A stretch of 64,000 nucleotides of DNA from an uncultured Solirubrobacteraceae bacterium (lineage in GTDB: Bacteria; Actinomycetota; Thermoleophilia; Solirubrobacterales; Solirubrobacteraceae). Below are positions 26,425 to 36,787 of the stretch, one piece after another. The translations under genes and the position numbers were made by a program. The stretch is taken from the NCBI GenBank assembly GCA_963710665.1, contig CAVQBC010000005.1:158370-222369 (forward strand). The letters run 5' to 3'. The notes beneath the pieces are model-generated. The model worked only from the letters and a program-made list of their open reading frames with translations, made no database searches and had not been told where the DNA came from. Within the stretch, counting starts at the first letter, position 1. Each line of letters opens with the position of its first letter.

Positions 26425-27585
26425 TTGCCTGACGACCACCCCCACGTCTGGGAGATCGACACCGACACGATGGAGTGGGTCGAGCGGCCGAGGTCCCGGA
26501 GGCACTTCCTGATGGGGGTCGGCGGCACGGTGCTCGGCGCCGGCCTGCTCGGGACGCTGGCGGGCTGCGGCGGCAGCGACGACGAGGGCAGCGCGTCGGC
26601 CGAGGGCGGCAAGCCGGGCGAGGGCAAGACGCTCGCCCTCTCGCTCAACGGGTTCAACACCTACGACCAGGACACCGCCGAGGGGTTCCTGAAGGCGCTG
26701 CAGGGCACGGGCTACCGCCTGATCGGCGCCGAGGCCGCGTTCGACGCGACGAAGGAGCTCGACAACATCCGCCAGCTCGTCGCGCGCCAGCCGGACGGGC
26801 TCGCCGTCCTCGCCGCCAGCGCCGAGGGCGCGGCGCGCGGCGCCGCGGAGGCGAAGCGCAAGGGCATCCCCACCGTCGCCCAGATCTGGTTCCCGGTCTC
26901 CAAGGAAGTGGACTCCGCGGCCTGGGACGCCGCGCTGCAGCTCGACACCGACGAGGGCGGCAAGCTCACGATCGACTTCATCGCCAAGACCCAGGGCGTC
27001 ACCGAGGGCAAGATCCTCGAGATCACCGGCCTCGACGCGCAGCCGTTCAGCGAGGGGTACAAGCAGGGGCTGCGCAAGGCGCTCAAGCAGTACCCCGGGC
27101 TGCGGGTGGTGGCCTCCCAGCAGGGCTTCTACACCGCGGACGGCGCGCTGAAGGTGCTGCGCCCGATGCTCTCGGCCCACCCCGACGCGAAGGTGATCAT
27201 CGACTATGCGGCCGAGATGGGCAACGCGATCGCCCAGGAGCTCAAGCGCCGCAACAAGACGAACATCGTCCACGTCACCTCCGACGGCAACGACGCGATG
27301 ATCCCGCTGCTCAAGGAGGAGGACGGCGCCTACATGAAGGGCGACCGCTGGTTCTCGCCCGGCGACCAGGGCGTCGTCTCGGTCAAGGTCCTGCGCGCGC
27401 GCATCGAGAACGACGAGGATCCGACGAACGAGAACATCGGCGTCGAGGGCTTCACGATCGTGCCGGGGACCAAGGACCCGATCGTGATCAAGACGCGCCA
27501 GGAGCTCGCGACGGCGGAGAACATCGACTCGCTGCCGCCGTTCGGCTACAACGAGCTCGCGAGCAAGATCCCGTTCGGCGGCTGA
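26425..27585 (+). CDS. ABC transporter substrate-binding lipoprotein (CUT2 / periplasmic-binding-protein type, Tat-like signal)
   Basis: RSRRHFLMGVGGTVLGAGLLGTLAGCGG (twin-arginine plus lipobox), then a LacI/RbsB-like binding fold. TTG 26425 lies 5 nt after GAGGAGAGGAG; the ORF-track start at 26407 and ATG 26470 are alternatives. Confidence 0.85.
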   Translation: MPDDHPHVWEIDTDTMEWVERPRSRRHFLMGVGGTVLGAGLLGTLAGCGGSDDEGSASAEGGKPGEGKTLALSLNGFNTYDQDTAEGFLKALQGTGYRLIGAEAAFDATKELDNIRQLVARQPDGLAVLAASAEGAARGAAEAKRKGIPTVAQIWFPVSKEVDSAAWDAALQLDTDEGGKLTIDFIAKTQGVTEGKILEITGLDAQPFSEGYKQGLRKALKQYPGLRVVASQQGFYTADGALKVLRPMLSAHPDAKVIIDYAAEMGNAIAQELKRRNKTNIVHVTSDGNDAMIPLLKEEDGAYMKGDRWFSPGDQGVVSVKVLRARIENDEDPTNENIGVEGFTIVPGTKDPIVIKTRQELATAENIDSLPPFGYNELASKIPFGG

Positions 27586-29117
27586 TGGGGATCGAGTCCG
27601 ATGCCGGCGCCCGCCTGATCGCCCTCCGGGGGCTCGGGAAGGAGTACCCGGGCGTGCGGGCGCTGGACGACGTCTCGTTCGACATCGCGCCCGGGTCGGT
27701 CCACGCCCTCGTGGGGGAGAACGGCGCCGGCAAGTCGACGCTGATCAAGCTGATCGCCGGCGCGATGCGCCCGTCCGCCGGCGAGATCGAGATCGACGGC
27801 CGGCCCCACGCCGCGCTGACCCCGCGCTCCGCCCGCGCGCTCGGGATCCGCCTCGTCGCCCAGGAGCGCCAGTCCTGCGGGGACCTGACGGTCACCGAGA
27901 ACGTGCTGCTCGGGCGCATCCCGACGCGCGGCGGCGCGTACGGGCCCGTGTCCTACGGCCGCGCGCACAGCGAGGCGCGCGAGCGGCTGGAGGAGATCGG
28001 GCTCGACGTGGATCCCCGCCGCCGGATGCGCGAGCTGTCGGTTGCGCAGGTCCAGCTCGTGGAGATCGCGCGGGCGCTGTCGGCGAGCGCCCGCCTGGTG
28101 ATCATGGACGAGCCCACGGCGGCGATGAGCGGCGCCGACGTGCGCGTGCTGTTCGGGGTGATCGCCAAGCTGCGGGCGCGGGGCGTGAGCTTCCTCTACG
28201 TCTCGCACCACCTCGAGGAGATCTTCGAGCTCGCGGACACCGTGACGGTCCTGCGCGACGGCCGCCACGTGACCACGCAGCCGCTCGAGGGCCTCGACAT
28301 GGACCGGCTCGTCGAGCTGCTGCTCGGCCACAAGCCGGAGACCCTCGACGTGGCCCAGCGGGAGAGCCGGCCGTCGGAGACGATCCTCGAGGTCGTCGAC
28401 GCCCACAAGAAGCCGGGGCTGCGCGGCGTCGGCCTGCGCGTGCGCGCCGGCGAGGTCCTCGCCGTCACGGGCGGCATCGGCTCCGGGCGCCGCGAGCTCG
28501 CCCGCTGCGTCGCGGGCATCGAGCAGCCCGAGGCGGGCGAGGTGCGGCTGGCGGGCGGAGCGCGCCTGCGCAACCCCCGCCAGGCCATCCGCCACGGGAT
28601 CGCCTTCCTGCCCGAGGACCGCAAGTACGAGGGCGTGCTGGCCGACCTCGACGTGGTCGACAACGTGGGGATCGGGCGGCGGGCCGCGCAGCGCTCGATG
28701 CTCGACCTGCCCGGCCGCCGCCGCCGCGACGCCGCCGAGATGGTCGCGCGCCTGCGCGTCAAGACCCCGAGCCTGCGCCAGGCGGTGCGGCTGCTGTCGG
28801 GCGGCAACCAGCAGAAGATGCTGCTCGGCCGCTGGCTGAACGTCGGGATCCGGGTGCTCGTGCTCGACGCTCCCACGGAGGGCGTCGACATCGGCAGCCG
28901 GCTCGAGATCTACGGCTTCCTGCGCGACCTCTCCGACGCCGGCGTGGCGGTGGTCATCTTCTCTTCCGACTTCGAGGAGGTCCGGCTGGTGGCGGATCGT
29001 GCGGTGGTGCTCCGGCGCGGGAGGGTCGCGGGCGAGCTGAGCTCCGGCGAGATCACCGAGGAGCGCCTGTACACGCTCGAGTACGGGACCCCGCCCGAGG
29101 GGGTGAAGGCGGCATGA
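27585..29117 (+). CDS. sugar-type (CUT2) ABC transporter ATP-binding protein with duplicated ABC domains
   Basis: From ATG 27585 (TGATG overlap with the SBP stop). First domain: GENGAGKSTL and VIMDEPTAAM. Second domain: LSGGNQQK and LVLDAPTEGVD. Confidence 0.9.
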   Translation: MGIESDAGARLIALRGLGKEYPGVRALDDVSFDIAPGSVHALVGENGAGKSTLIKLIAGAMRPSAGEIEIDGRPHAALTPRSARALGIRLVAQERQSCGDLTVTENVLLGRIPTRGGAYGPVSYGRAHSEARERLEEIGLDVDPRRRMRELSVAQVQLVEIARALSASARLVIMDEPTAAMSGADVRVLFGVIAKLRARGVSFLYVSHHLEEIFELADTVTVLRDGRHVTTQPLEGLDMDRLVELLLGHKPETLDVAQRESRPSETILEVVDAHKKPGLRGVGLRVRAGEVLAVTGGIGSGRRELARCVAGIEQPEAGEVRLAGGARLRNPRQAIRHGIAFLPEDRKYEGVLADLDVVDNVGIGRRAAQRSMLDLPGRRRRDAAEMVARLRVKTPSLRQAVRLLSGGNQQKMLLGRWLNVGIRVLVLDAPTEGVDIGSRLEIYGFLRDLSDAGVAVVIFSSDFEEVRLVADRAVVLRRGRVAGELSSGEITEERLYTLEYGTPPEGVKAA

Positions 29118-30211
29118 GCACGACCGAGCGGGCTCCGGCCACGACCCGCGAGCGCGCCGGCGCGCGCCAGGCCGCCGGCGGGCTGCGCGAGCGCCTGCGC
29201 TACTCGGAGAACCTGCGCACCTACATCCCGCTGCTGGTGGCCATCATCGGCCTGAGCCTCTACGCCGCCGCCAACTCGGACCTCTACCTCACGCTCGACA
29301 ACATCCAGGTCCTGCTGTCGAGCGTCGCGGTGCTCGGCCTCATCACGGTCGGGATGACGCTGATCATGATCGCCGGGCAGCTCGACCTGTCGGTCGGGGC
29401 GGCCGCGACGCTCTCGAGCGTCATCGGCGCGCAGATGATCTCGGGCGGCAGCAGCACGGTGGTCGCCGTCCTCGTGATGCTCCTGCTGCCGATGGCGATC
29501 GGCTGCCTGGTGGGCATCCTCGTGGTGAGCACGGGCGTGCAGCCGTTCATCGTGACCCTCGGGCTGCTGAGCGTGCTGCAGTCGATCTCGCTGATCCAGA
29601 CCGGCCAGCGCCCGATCTCCATCGGCTTCAACCTGTCCGAGATCGACACGACGATCGTCCTCGGGATCCCGCTCCCGTTCTGGATGTTCGTGATCGCGCT
29701 GCTGGTCGGGAGCCTGATCCTGCACTTCTCCCGGCTCGGGCGCAACGCCTTCGCGGTGGGGTCCAACGAGGAGGCGGCGTTCCTGTCGGGCGTCGCGGTC
29801 GGTCGCGTGAAGATCATCCTGTTCTCGCTCAACGGGCTGCTGGTCGGCCTCGGCGGCCTGCTGCTCCTCTCGCGCCTGGGGGCCGGCGACGCGGCGTCCG
29901 GCCAGGGCCTCGAGCTCGACGCCATCGCGGCGGCCGTCATCGGCGGCGCCTCGCTGCTCGGCGGCCGCGGCTCGATGTTCGGGACGTTCCTCGGCGTGAT
30001 GCTGCTCGGCGTGATCGCCAACAGCCTGACCCTGCTCGACGTGTCGTCCTTCTACCAGCGTCTCGTCCTCGGGCTGCTCCTCATGTTCGCGGTGACGGCG
30101 ACCGCGATCGCGGAGAAGCGCAGGGGGTCGGCGGAGTCCGTCGCCGACGTCCTGCGGCGCGTCACCACTGGTCGCCGAACCATGCCCTCGGGCGGAAAGG
30201 AGCCCAGCTGA
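29114..30211 (+). CDS. ABC transporter permease (RbsC/branched-type, CUT2)
   Basis: About 10 TM segments. The start overlaps the ATPase stop (ATGA). Confidence 0.9.
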   Translation: MSTTERAPATTRERAGARQAAGGLRERLRYSENLRTYIPLLVAIIGLSLYAAANSDLYLTLDNIQVLLSSVAVLGLITVGMTLIMIAGQLDLSVGAAATLSSVIGAQMISGGSSTVVAVLVMLLLPMAIGCLVGILVVSTGVQPFIVTLGLLSVLQSISLIQTGQRPISIGFNLSEIDTTIVLGIPLPFWMFVIALLVGSLILHFSRLGRNAFAVGSNEEAAFLSGVAVGRVKIILFSLNGLLVGLGGLLLLSRLGAGDAASGQGLELDAIAAAVIGGASLLGGRGSMFGTFLGVMLLGVIANSLTLLDVSSFYQRLVLGLLLMFAVTATAIAEKRRGSAESVADVLRRVTTGRRTMPSGGKEPS

Positions 30212-32283
30212 TGCGCGTGGGTATCGATGTCGGAGGGACCTTCACGGACCTCTTCGCCTACGACGAGGCCAGCGGCGAGACCCACTCCGCGAAGGTCCTC
30301 ACGACGCTCGACAACCAGGCGCGCGGGGTCAGCCAGAGCGTGCGCGCCGCCGGGATCGACCTCGCCGGGGTCGCGTTCCTCGCGCACGGCACGACCACCG
30401 GCACGAACGCGCTGATCGAGCGCAAGGGGTCGCGCTGCGGGCTGCTCACGACCGAGGGGTTCCGCGACGTCCTCGAGATCATGCGGACGGACCGCGAGTT
30501 CGGCTACGACCTGTCGTGGGAGAAGCCGCGCGCGCTCGTCCCGCGGCGCCTGCGCTTCGAGGTGCCCGAGCGCGTGCTCATCGACGGCTCCATCGAGACG
30601 CCGCTGGACGAGGACGCCGCCCGCGCCACGATCGCGGCGCTGCTCGCGACCGGTGTCGAGGCGATCGCCGTCGCCCTTCTGCACTCCTACGCGAACCCGG
30701 TGCACGAGCAACGGCTGCGCGAGCTGATCGCGGAGGCCGACCCCGGGGTCGCGGTGTCGATCTCGAGCGACGTCAACGCCGAGTACCGCGAGTACGAGCG
30801 CACGAACACGACGGTGGTCGACGCCTACGTCAAGCCGGTGATGGTGCGCTACATCGAGCGCCTCGTCTCAGAGCTGCAGACCGGCGGCCTCGAGCCGCGC
30901 CCGTTCATCATGCAGGGCAGCGGCGGGATGGTGACCGCCGAGCGCGCGACCGAGCGCCCGATCGGCACGCTCTCCTCCGGTCCCGCGGCGGGCGCCATCG
31001 CCGCGGCCAAGATCGCCCAGAGCGCCGGCTTCGCCGACATCGTCACCTTCGACGTCGGCGGGACGAGCACGGACGTCGCGCTGATCTCCGGCGGCCGGCC
31101 GGACCTGAGCCTGCTCAAGCAGGTCGAGTGGGGGCTCCCGGCGCGCGTGCCGATGCTCGACGTCGAGTCGGTCGGCGCCGGCGGCGGCAGCATCGGGTGG
31201 ATCGACCAGGGCGGCGCCCTGAAGATGGGCCCGCAGTCGGCGGGCTCGGACCCCGGTCCCATCTGCTACGGCGGTGGCGGCACCGAGCCCGCGCTGTCGG
31301 ACGCGCTGCTGCTGCGCGGCGTGCTCGGCGAGCAGCTCGCCGGAGGCAGCCTGCACCTCGACCGCGAGGCGGCCAGGGCGGGCGTGCTGGCCCGGCTGGC
31401 GGAGCCGCTCGGGCTCACGCTCGAGCGCGTCGTGAGCGGGATGGTCGAGATCGCCCAGGCCAACATGGCCAACGCGGTGCGGTCGGTATCGATCTGGAAG
31501 GGGCTCGATCCGCGCGACCTCACGCTCGTCGCCTTCGGCGGCGCCGGGGGGATGGTCGCCGGCGAGGTCGCCCGCACCCTCGGGATCCCGCGCGTGCTGA
31601 TCCCGCCCGTGCCCGGCAACTCGTGCGCGATGGGCCTGCTGATGACGGACTTCCAGGAGGACGAGTCGGTCGCGTTCCTGTCACGCGCGCGCGACGCGGA
31701 CCTCGACGTGCTCAACGAGCGGCTCGGCGCCCTGCAGGACGCCACGATCACCACCCTCCAGCGCCAGGGCGTCGCGGAACGCGACATCGTGGTGTCGCAC
31801 GTCGCGGACATCCGCTACCACGGCCAGATCCACGAGCTGCAGGTCCCGTTCGAGGCCTTCCCGGTCACCCCGGAGGTGCTCGAGCGGGCCATCGCGTCCT
31901 TCGAGGACACCTACGAGGACGTCTACACGATCCGCCTGCAGGGCGGGGTCCCCGAGATGGTCAGCCTGCGGGTCATCGCCTCGGGCGCCCTGCCGCAGTA
32001 CGAGCCGGCCGGGTTCACCGACGGCGCGCACGGCGCCGCACCGACCGGGTCGCGCGACGTGCTCGAGGGCGACCGCTGGGGCGCGGTCGACGTCTACCGC
32101 CGCTACGACCTCGGCTCCGGGACCTCGCTGCGGGGCCCCGTGATCCTCGAGGAGGAGGGGTCGACCATCTGGGTCGCGTCCGACATGAGCGCGGACATCG
32201 ACGCGCGGGGCAACCTGCTCATCACCACGAACGCGGAGCGCGGGACGGCCGAGACCCGGCCGCTCGCGGAGGAGGTGGCCTGA
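30211..32283 (+). CDS. hydantoinase/oxoprolinase family protein, A subunit (HyuA-like)
   Basis: MRVGIDVGGTFTDLF...HGTTTGTNALIERKG; 690 aa. The start overlaps the permease stop. Confidence 0.9.
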   Translation: MRVGIDVGGTFTDLFAYDEASGETHSAKVLTTLDNQARGVSQSVRAAGIDLAGVAFLAHGTTTGTNALIERKGSRCGLLTTEGFRDVLEIMRTDREFGYDLSWEKPRALVPRRLRFEVPERVLIDGSIETPLDEDAARATIAALLATGVEAIAVALLHSYANPVHEQRLRELIAEADPGVAVSISSDVNAEYREYERTNTTVVDAYVKPVMVRYIERLVSELQTGGLEPRPFIMQGSGGMVTAERATERPIGTLSSGPAAGAIAAAKIAQSAGFADIVTFDVGGTSTDVALISGGRPDLSLLKQVEWGLPARVPMLDVESVGAGGGSIGWIDQGGALKMGPQSAGSDPGPICYGGGGTEPALSDALLLRGVLGEQLAGGSLHLDREAARAGVLARLAEPLGLTLERVVSGMVEIAQANMANAVRSVSIWKGLDPRDLTLVAFGGAGGMVAGEVARTLGIPRVLIPPVPGNSCAMGLLMTDFQEDESVAFLSRARDADLDVLNERLGALQDATITTLQRQGVAERDIVVSHVADIRYHGQIHELQVPFEAFPVTPEVLERAIASFEDTYEDVYTIRLQGGVPEMVSLRVIASGALPQYEPAGFTDGAHGAAPTGSRDVLEGDRWGAVDVYRRYDLGSGTSLRGPVILEEEGSTIWVASDMSADIDARGNLLITTNAERGTAETRPLAEEVA

Positions 32284-32284
32284 C

Positions 32285-34127
32285 ATGGCAACCATCGAGA
32301 CGCCCCCCGGGCGGGCGAGCATCGACGCGGTCACGCTCGAGGTCATGCGCAACGGCTTCATCCAGGTGTGCGAAGAGGTCACGATCACGATGCTCAAGAC
32401 CGCGCACTCGGTGATCTTCAACGAGGGCAAGGACCTCTCCACCGGGGTGTTCGACCGCGACGGGCGGCTGATCGCGCAGGACAAGCAGGGCTGCCCGGTG
32501 CACATCGCCGCCATGCCGCAGTCCGTCAAGGCCGGCATCGCCCAGTACGGGATCGAGAACATGAACCCGGGCGACGTCTTCCTGATCAACGACTCCTACA
32601 GCGGCGGGACGCACCTGCCCGACGTCACGATCTTCGCGCCGGTGTTCTGGGAGGACGAGCTCGTCGGCTTCATCGGCAACCGCGGCCACCACACCGACGT
32701 CGGCGGCATGGCCGCCGGCTCGATGCCCGGCGACGCCACGGAGATGTACCAGGAGGGCCTGATCCTGCCCGCGGTGCGCATCTTCACGGCCGGCGAGCGC
32801 AACCGGGACGTGTGGAACATCATGCTCGCCAACGTCCGCCTGCCCGGGAACACCGAGGGCGACATCGCGGCGCAGATGGCCGGGGTCCAGACCGGGATGC
32901 GGCGCTTCCACTCGATGCTCGAGCGCTACGGCACGGAGGCGCTCCAGGCCGGGATCGACGAGATCATCGCCTACTCCGAGCGCCACATGCGCAGGGAGAT
33001 CGCGAAGATGCCGGACGGGACCTACCACTTCGCCGACTACATGGACACCGACGGCGTCACCGGCACGCCGGTGCGCATCGAGGTCACCGCGCGCAAGTCC
33101 GGGAGCGACATCGAGTTCGACTTCACCGGCACCGACCCGCAGGTCGGCGGCGCCGTGAACTGCGTCTTCAGCGTCACGCTCGCCTCCGTGTGGATCGGGA
33201 TGCTGATGGTCACCGACCCGGCGATCCATCCCAGCGAGGGGGCCTTCGCGCCGGTCACCGTGACCGCGCCCCTGGGCACCGTCGTGAACCCGCGCAAGCC
33301 GGCCTCGACCGTGAGCGGGCTGACCGAGACCTGCAACCGCATCATCGACATCGTCATCGGGGCGCTCTCCCCGGGCGTCCCCGACCGTGCGGTCGCCGGC
33401 GAGCTCGGCAGCTGCAACGTCTACACGCTGGGTGGCCGGGGCGCCGGCGACGACGGGCGAGCAGTGGGTCGCGATCCTCAACCCCAAGGGCGGCTGGGGC
33501 GGCATGGAGGCCAAGGACGGGTGGACCTGCATCCAGGACCCGCTCTCGAACTGCCGCTGCCAGCCGGCCGAGGCGCTCGAGAACGCCTTCCCGGTGCGCG
33601 TGCGCCAGTTCGCCCTGCGGACGGGCCCGGAGGGCGCCGGGCGCCATCGCGGCGGCTTCGGGATCGTGCGCGACATCGAGGTCACCGCGGACTGCGTGGT
33701 CTCCACCTGCCTGGACCGCAGCGTGATCGCGCCGTTCGGGCTCTTCGGCGGCGGCGACGGCGCGCCGAACCTGATGTACCTGCGCCGCAACGGCACCGAG
33801 ACCTGGGAGCCGCTCAACTCGCGGCAGTCGAACATGCCGCTCAAGACGGGCGACGTCGTGCGGATCGAGACCGCCATCGGCGGCGGGTTCGGCGACCCCC
33901 TCGAGCGACGCCCGGAGGACGTGGCGGACGACGTGGCCGACGAATACATCAGCCGCGAGGACGGGGAGACGGTCTACGGGGTCGTGCTCGACGACGCCCT
34001 CGGCGTCGACGAGGGCGCGACGGCCGCGTGCCGGGAAGAGCTGCGCTCCAACGGCGGCTCGCCCGAGCTGTCCCGGCCGCCGGCGGGCGTCGAGCCGCGC
34101 CGACCCGTCTTCGAGGCCGCCTCATGA
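32285..34127 (+). pseudogene. hydantoinase B/oxoprolinase family protein (HyuB-like) interrupted by a +1 frameshift
   Basis: The N-terminal part (DAVTLEVMRNGF...NDSYSGGTHLPD) is in the 32285 frame. The C-terminal part (EQWVAILNPKGGWGG...GGFGDPLERRPEDV) is in the 33387 frame. The junction is at GAC GAC GGG C GAG (33455-33458); removing one G restores DDGEQW. Confidence 0.8.
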
Positions 34128-35311
34128 GCGCCGGCCTCGCCTCCGGCGACCGCGCGCTCTCGGCGGAGTTCCTCACCGAGGTCCTCGGCGACCTGGTGCG
34201 CACGCCGAGCGTCAACCCCGGCATCTTCGAGGAGGCGATGGCCGAGCGCGTCCAGGCGTGGCTCGAGCCGACCGGCGCCGAGGTCACCACGGTCGAGATG
34301 GCCCCCGGCCGTCCCTCGGTGGCGGCCGTCCTGGGCAACCGGGACGGCGCGACCCGCCTGGTGCTCAACGGCCACATGGACACGGTGCCGATCGACGACG
34401 CGGCCGGGTGGGACTTCGACCCGTTCGGCGCCGAGATCTCCGACGGCTACCTCTTCGGGCGCGGCGCGTGCGACATGAAGGCCGGCCTCGCCACCCAGAT
34501 CGGGGTCGCCCACCGCCTGGCCGCGCACGCGGACGAGCTCGACGGCGCGCTCATCCTGCACTTCGCCGCGGGGGAGGAGTGCGCCGAGCCCGGCTCGCTG
34601 TCGCTGGTCCAGGCCGGGTTCACGGGCGACGTCGGGATCGTCACCGAGCCGACCCAGCTCGGCGTCGCGGTCGCCGAGCGGGGCCTCGCCTACTACCGCA
34701 TCCGGATCAAGGGGCGGTCGATCCACGCGAGCAAGGCGCACCTCGGGCTCAACCCCGTGCGGCGCCTCGCCCCCGTCCTCGACGCGCTCGCCGACTACCA
34801 CGACGAGATCACGCAGCGCACGCATCCGCTGCTGCCCGGGGGCTCGTGCACCCCGACGGTGGTCCAGGGCGGGGTCAAGGAGAACGCGGTCGCCGACTAC
34901 TGCGAGCTGCTGCTCGACCGCCGGCTGCTGCCGGGCGAGACGGTGGAGGGCGAGCTCGACGCGATGTCCGCCCGGCTGAAGGGCATCCAGCGCGACGATC
35001 CCGAGTTCCAGTTCGAGATCGAGCCGTTCGAGCATGCGTTCGCGCCCGCCGAGATCTCCGTGGACTCGCCGTTCGCCGGCCGCGTCGTCGAGGCGGTCGA
35101 GCAGATCACCGGGGTGCGCCCCGAGATCTCCGGCACGCCGTACGCCAGCGACGTGCGCACGCTCGTCAACGACGCCGCGATGGAGGCGGTCACCTTCGGC
35201 CCCGGCAACGTCGCGGAGTGCCACTGCGCGAACGAGCGCGTGTCGCTCGCCGAGGTGGAGCAGGCCGCGCGCGTGATCGACCGGGTCGCCCGCTCGCTGC
35301 TGCTGCCGTGA
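34124..35311 (+). CDS. M20 family metallohydrolase (ArgE/DapE/carbamoyl-amino-acid amidohydrolase type)
   Basis: LNGHMDTVP, GRGACDMKAG and AAGEECAEPGS. The ATG overlaps the hyuB stop (ATGA). Confidence 0.85.
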   Translation: MSAGLASGDRALSAEFLTEVLGDLVRTPSVNPGIFEEAMAERVQAWLEPTGAEVTTVEMAPGRPSVAAVLGNRDGATRLVLNGHMDTVPIDDAAGWDFDPFGAEISDGYLFGRGACDMKAGLATQIGVAHRLAAHADELDGALILHFAAGEECAEPGSLSLVQAGFTGDVGIVTEPTQLGVAVAERGLAYYRIRIKGRSIHASKAHLGLNPVRRLAPVLDALADYHDEITQRTHPLLPGGSCTPTVVQGGVKENAVADYCELLLDRRLLPGETVEGELDAMSARLKGIQRDDPEFQFEIEPFEHAFAPAEISVDSPFAGRVVEAVEQITGVRPEISGTPYASDVRTLVNDAAMEAVTFGPGNVAECHCANERVSLAEVEQAARVIDRVARSLLLP

Positions 35312-35330
35312 GCGGTGAGCGGTGGTTTGT

Positions 35331-35355
35331 ATTCGGACAGCGAACATGACGTTCG
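35331..35355. promoter_or_regulatory. operator-like motif, site B (upstream of the Mo-hydroxylase operon)
   Basis: ATTCG-GACAG-CGAAC-ATGAC-GTTCG, followed by ACAAGCGG; 33 nt upstream of GTG 35389. Confidence 0.6.
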
Positions 35356-35388
35356 ACAAGCGGAAATGCCTGGAGTAGGGTCGCCGCC

Positions 35389-36261
35389 GTGAAGCCCGGG
35401 CGGTTCGAGTACCACCGGCCCGCGTCGGTCGCCGAGGCCGTCGAGCTCAAGGCGAGCTACGACGGCGAGGCCGCGATCCTCGCCGGTGGGCAGAGCCTCG
35501 TGCCGATGCTCAACTTCCGTCTCGCGCGCCCGCGCGCGGTCGTGGACATCAACGGGATCGGCGAGCTGGCCGGCGTCGAGGTCGGCGACGGGGTCGTGCG
35601 GGTCCGGGCGATGACCCGCCAGCGCGCGCTCGAGCGCCATGCCCCCGCGATCGCGGCGTGCCCGGTGCTGGCGCCCGCGCTCGCCCGGGTGGCGCACCAG
35701 GTCGTCCGCAACCGCGGCACGGTCGGCGGGAGCATCGCCCATGCCGACGCGGCCGCCGAGCTGCCCGCGGCGCTGCTCGCGGTCGACGGCCGCGTCCGCG
35801 TCCGGGGGCAGGGCGGCGAGCGGGTGATCGACGTGGGCGACCTCCTCGAGTTCCACATGTCGACCACGCTCGAGTCCGACGAGGTGCTGGTCGAGGTGGA
35901 GTTCCCGGCGCTCCCGGCGCGCACCGGCGCGGCGTGCCTCGAGGTCGCCCGCCGCCACGGCGACTACGCCCTCGCCGGCGTGTGCGCCGCGCTGACCGTG
36001 GACGACGACGGCCGCGTCGCCGGCGCCCGGCTCGCGTGCTTCGGCGTCGCGCCCACCGCGGTGCGGGCGACGGCGGCCGAGGAGCTCCTGGACGGCGAGA
36101 CCGCGGGCGCCGCGGCATTCGCCGCCGCCGGCCGCGCCGCGCGGGAGGTCGTCGACGCCGTCGACGAGGAGCAGGCGAGCCTCGCCTACCGGACCCGCCT
36201 CGTCGAGGTGCTGACCCGGCGGGCGCTCGCCGAGGCCCACGCCCAGGTGGCGGCGCCATGA
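35389..36261 (+). CDS. FAD-binding subunit of a xanthine dehydrogenase/CO dehydrogenase-family molybdenum hydroxylase (CoxM-like)
   Basis: FEYHRPASVAEAVEL...ILAGGQSLVPMLNFRLARP...GTVGGSIAHADAAAELP. Confidence 0.9.
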   Translation: MKPGRFEYHRPASVAEAVELKASYDGEAAILAGGQSLVPMLNFRLARPRAVVDINGIGELAGVEVGDGVVRVRAMTRQRALERHAPAIAACPVLAPALARVAHQVVRNRGTVGGSIAHADAAAELPAALLAVDGRVRVRGQGGERVIDVGDLLEFHMSTTLESDEVLVEVEFPALPARTGAACLEVARRHGDYALAGVCAALTVDDDGRVAGARLACFGVAPTAVRATAAEELLDGETAGAAAFAAAGRAAREVVDAVDEEQASLAYRTRLVEVLTRRALAEAHAQVAAP

Positions 36262-36785
36262 GCGCGCTGGGAGTCGAGCAGCGGCCGACCGCGGACGAGC
36301 CGTGGGTCACCGTCCATCTCACCGTCAACGGGGTGCCGGTGACCCGCACGACCAGCGCGCGCCGGCTGCTCAGCGACTTCCTGCGCCACGAGCTCGGGCT
36401 GCGGGGCACCCACGTCGGCTGCGAGCACGGCGTGTGCGGGTGCTGCACCGTCATGCTCGACGGCAGCTCGGCGCGCTCCTGCCTGCTGCTCGCCGCCCAG
36501 TGCGACGGCGCCGAGATCACCACCATCGAGGGCCTCTCGCCGGACGACGGCGGCATGAGCGTCGTGCAGCAGGCGTTCCGCGAGAGCCACGCGCTGCAGT
36601 GCGGGTTCTGCACGCCGGGCTTCGTCGTGACCGTCACCGAGTTCCTGCGCGAGCACCCGGGGCGCACCGAGTTCACCGACGACGAGCTGCGCGAGGCGCT
36701 CAGCGGCAACCTCTGCCGCTGCACGGGCTACCAGAACATCGTGGCGGCGGTGCGGCGCGCGGCCGAGCTGCAGGCGGCCGGCTGA
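36258..36785 (+). CDS. (2Fe-2S)-binding small subunit (CoxS-like)
   Basis: GCEHGVCGCCTV and CGFCTPGF...NLCRCTGYQNI. ATGA overlap with the upstream gene. Confidence 0.9.
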   Translation: MSALGVEQRPTADEPWVTVHLTVNGVPVTRTTSARRLLSDFLRHELGLRGTHVGCEHGVCGCCTVMLDGSSARSCLLLAAQCDGAEITTIEGLSPDDGGMSVVQQAFRESHALQCGFCTPGFVVTVTEFLREHPGRTEFTDDELREALSGNLCRCTGYQNIVAAVRRAAELQAAG

Positions 36786-36787
36786 CG

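Noticed and set aside
32285-35311. 1008-aa ORF that looks like a giant HyuB-peptidase fusion
   Set aside because: The central ~220 aa (about 33460-34120) are Arg/Pro/Gly-rich nonsense, while the true HyuB C-terminus is in another frame (33387-34127). The ORF is a chance read-through that joins the hyuB N-terminal part to the in-frame M20 peptidase gene, which has its own ATG at 34124.
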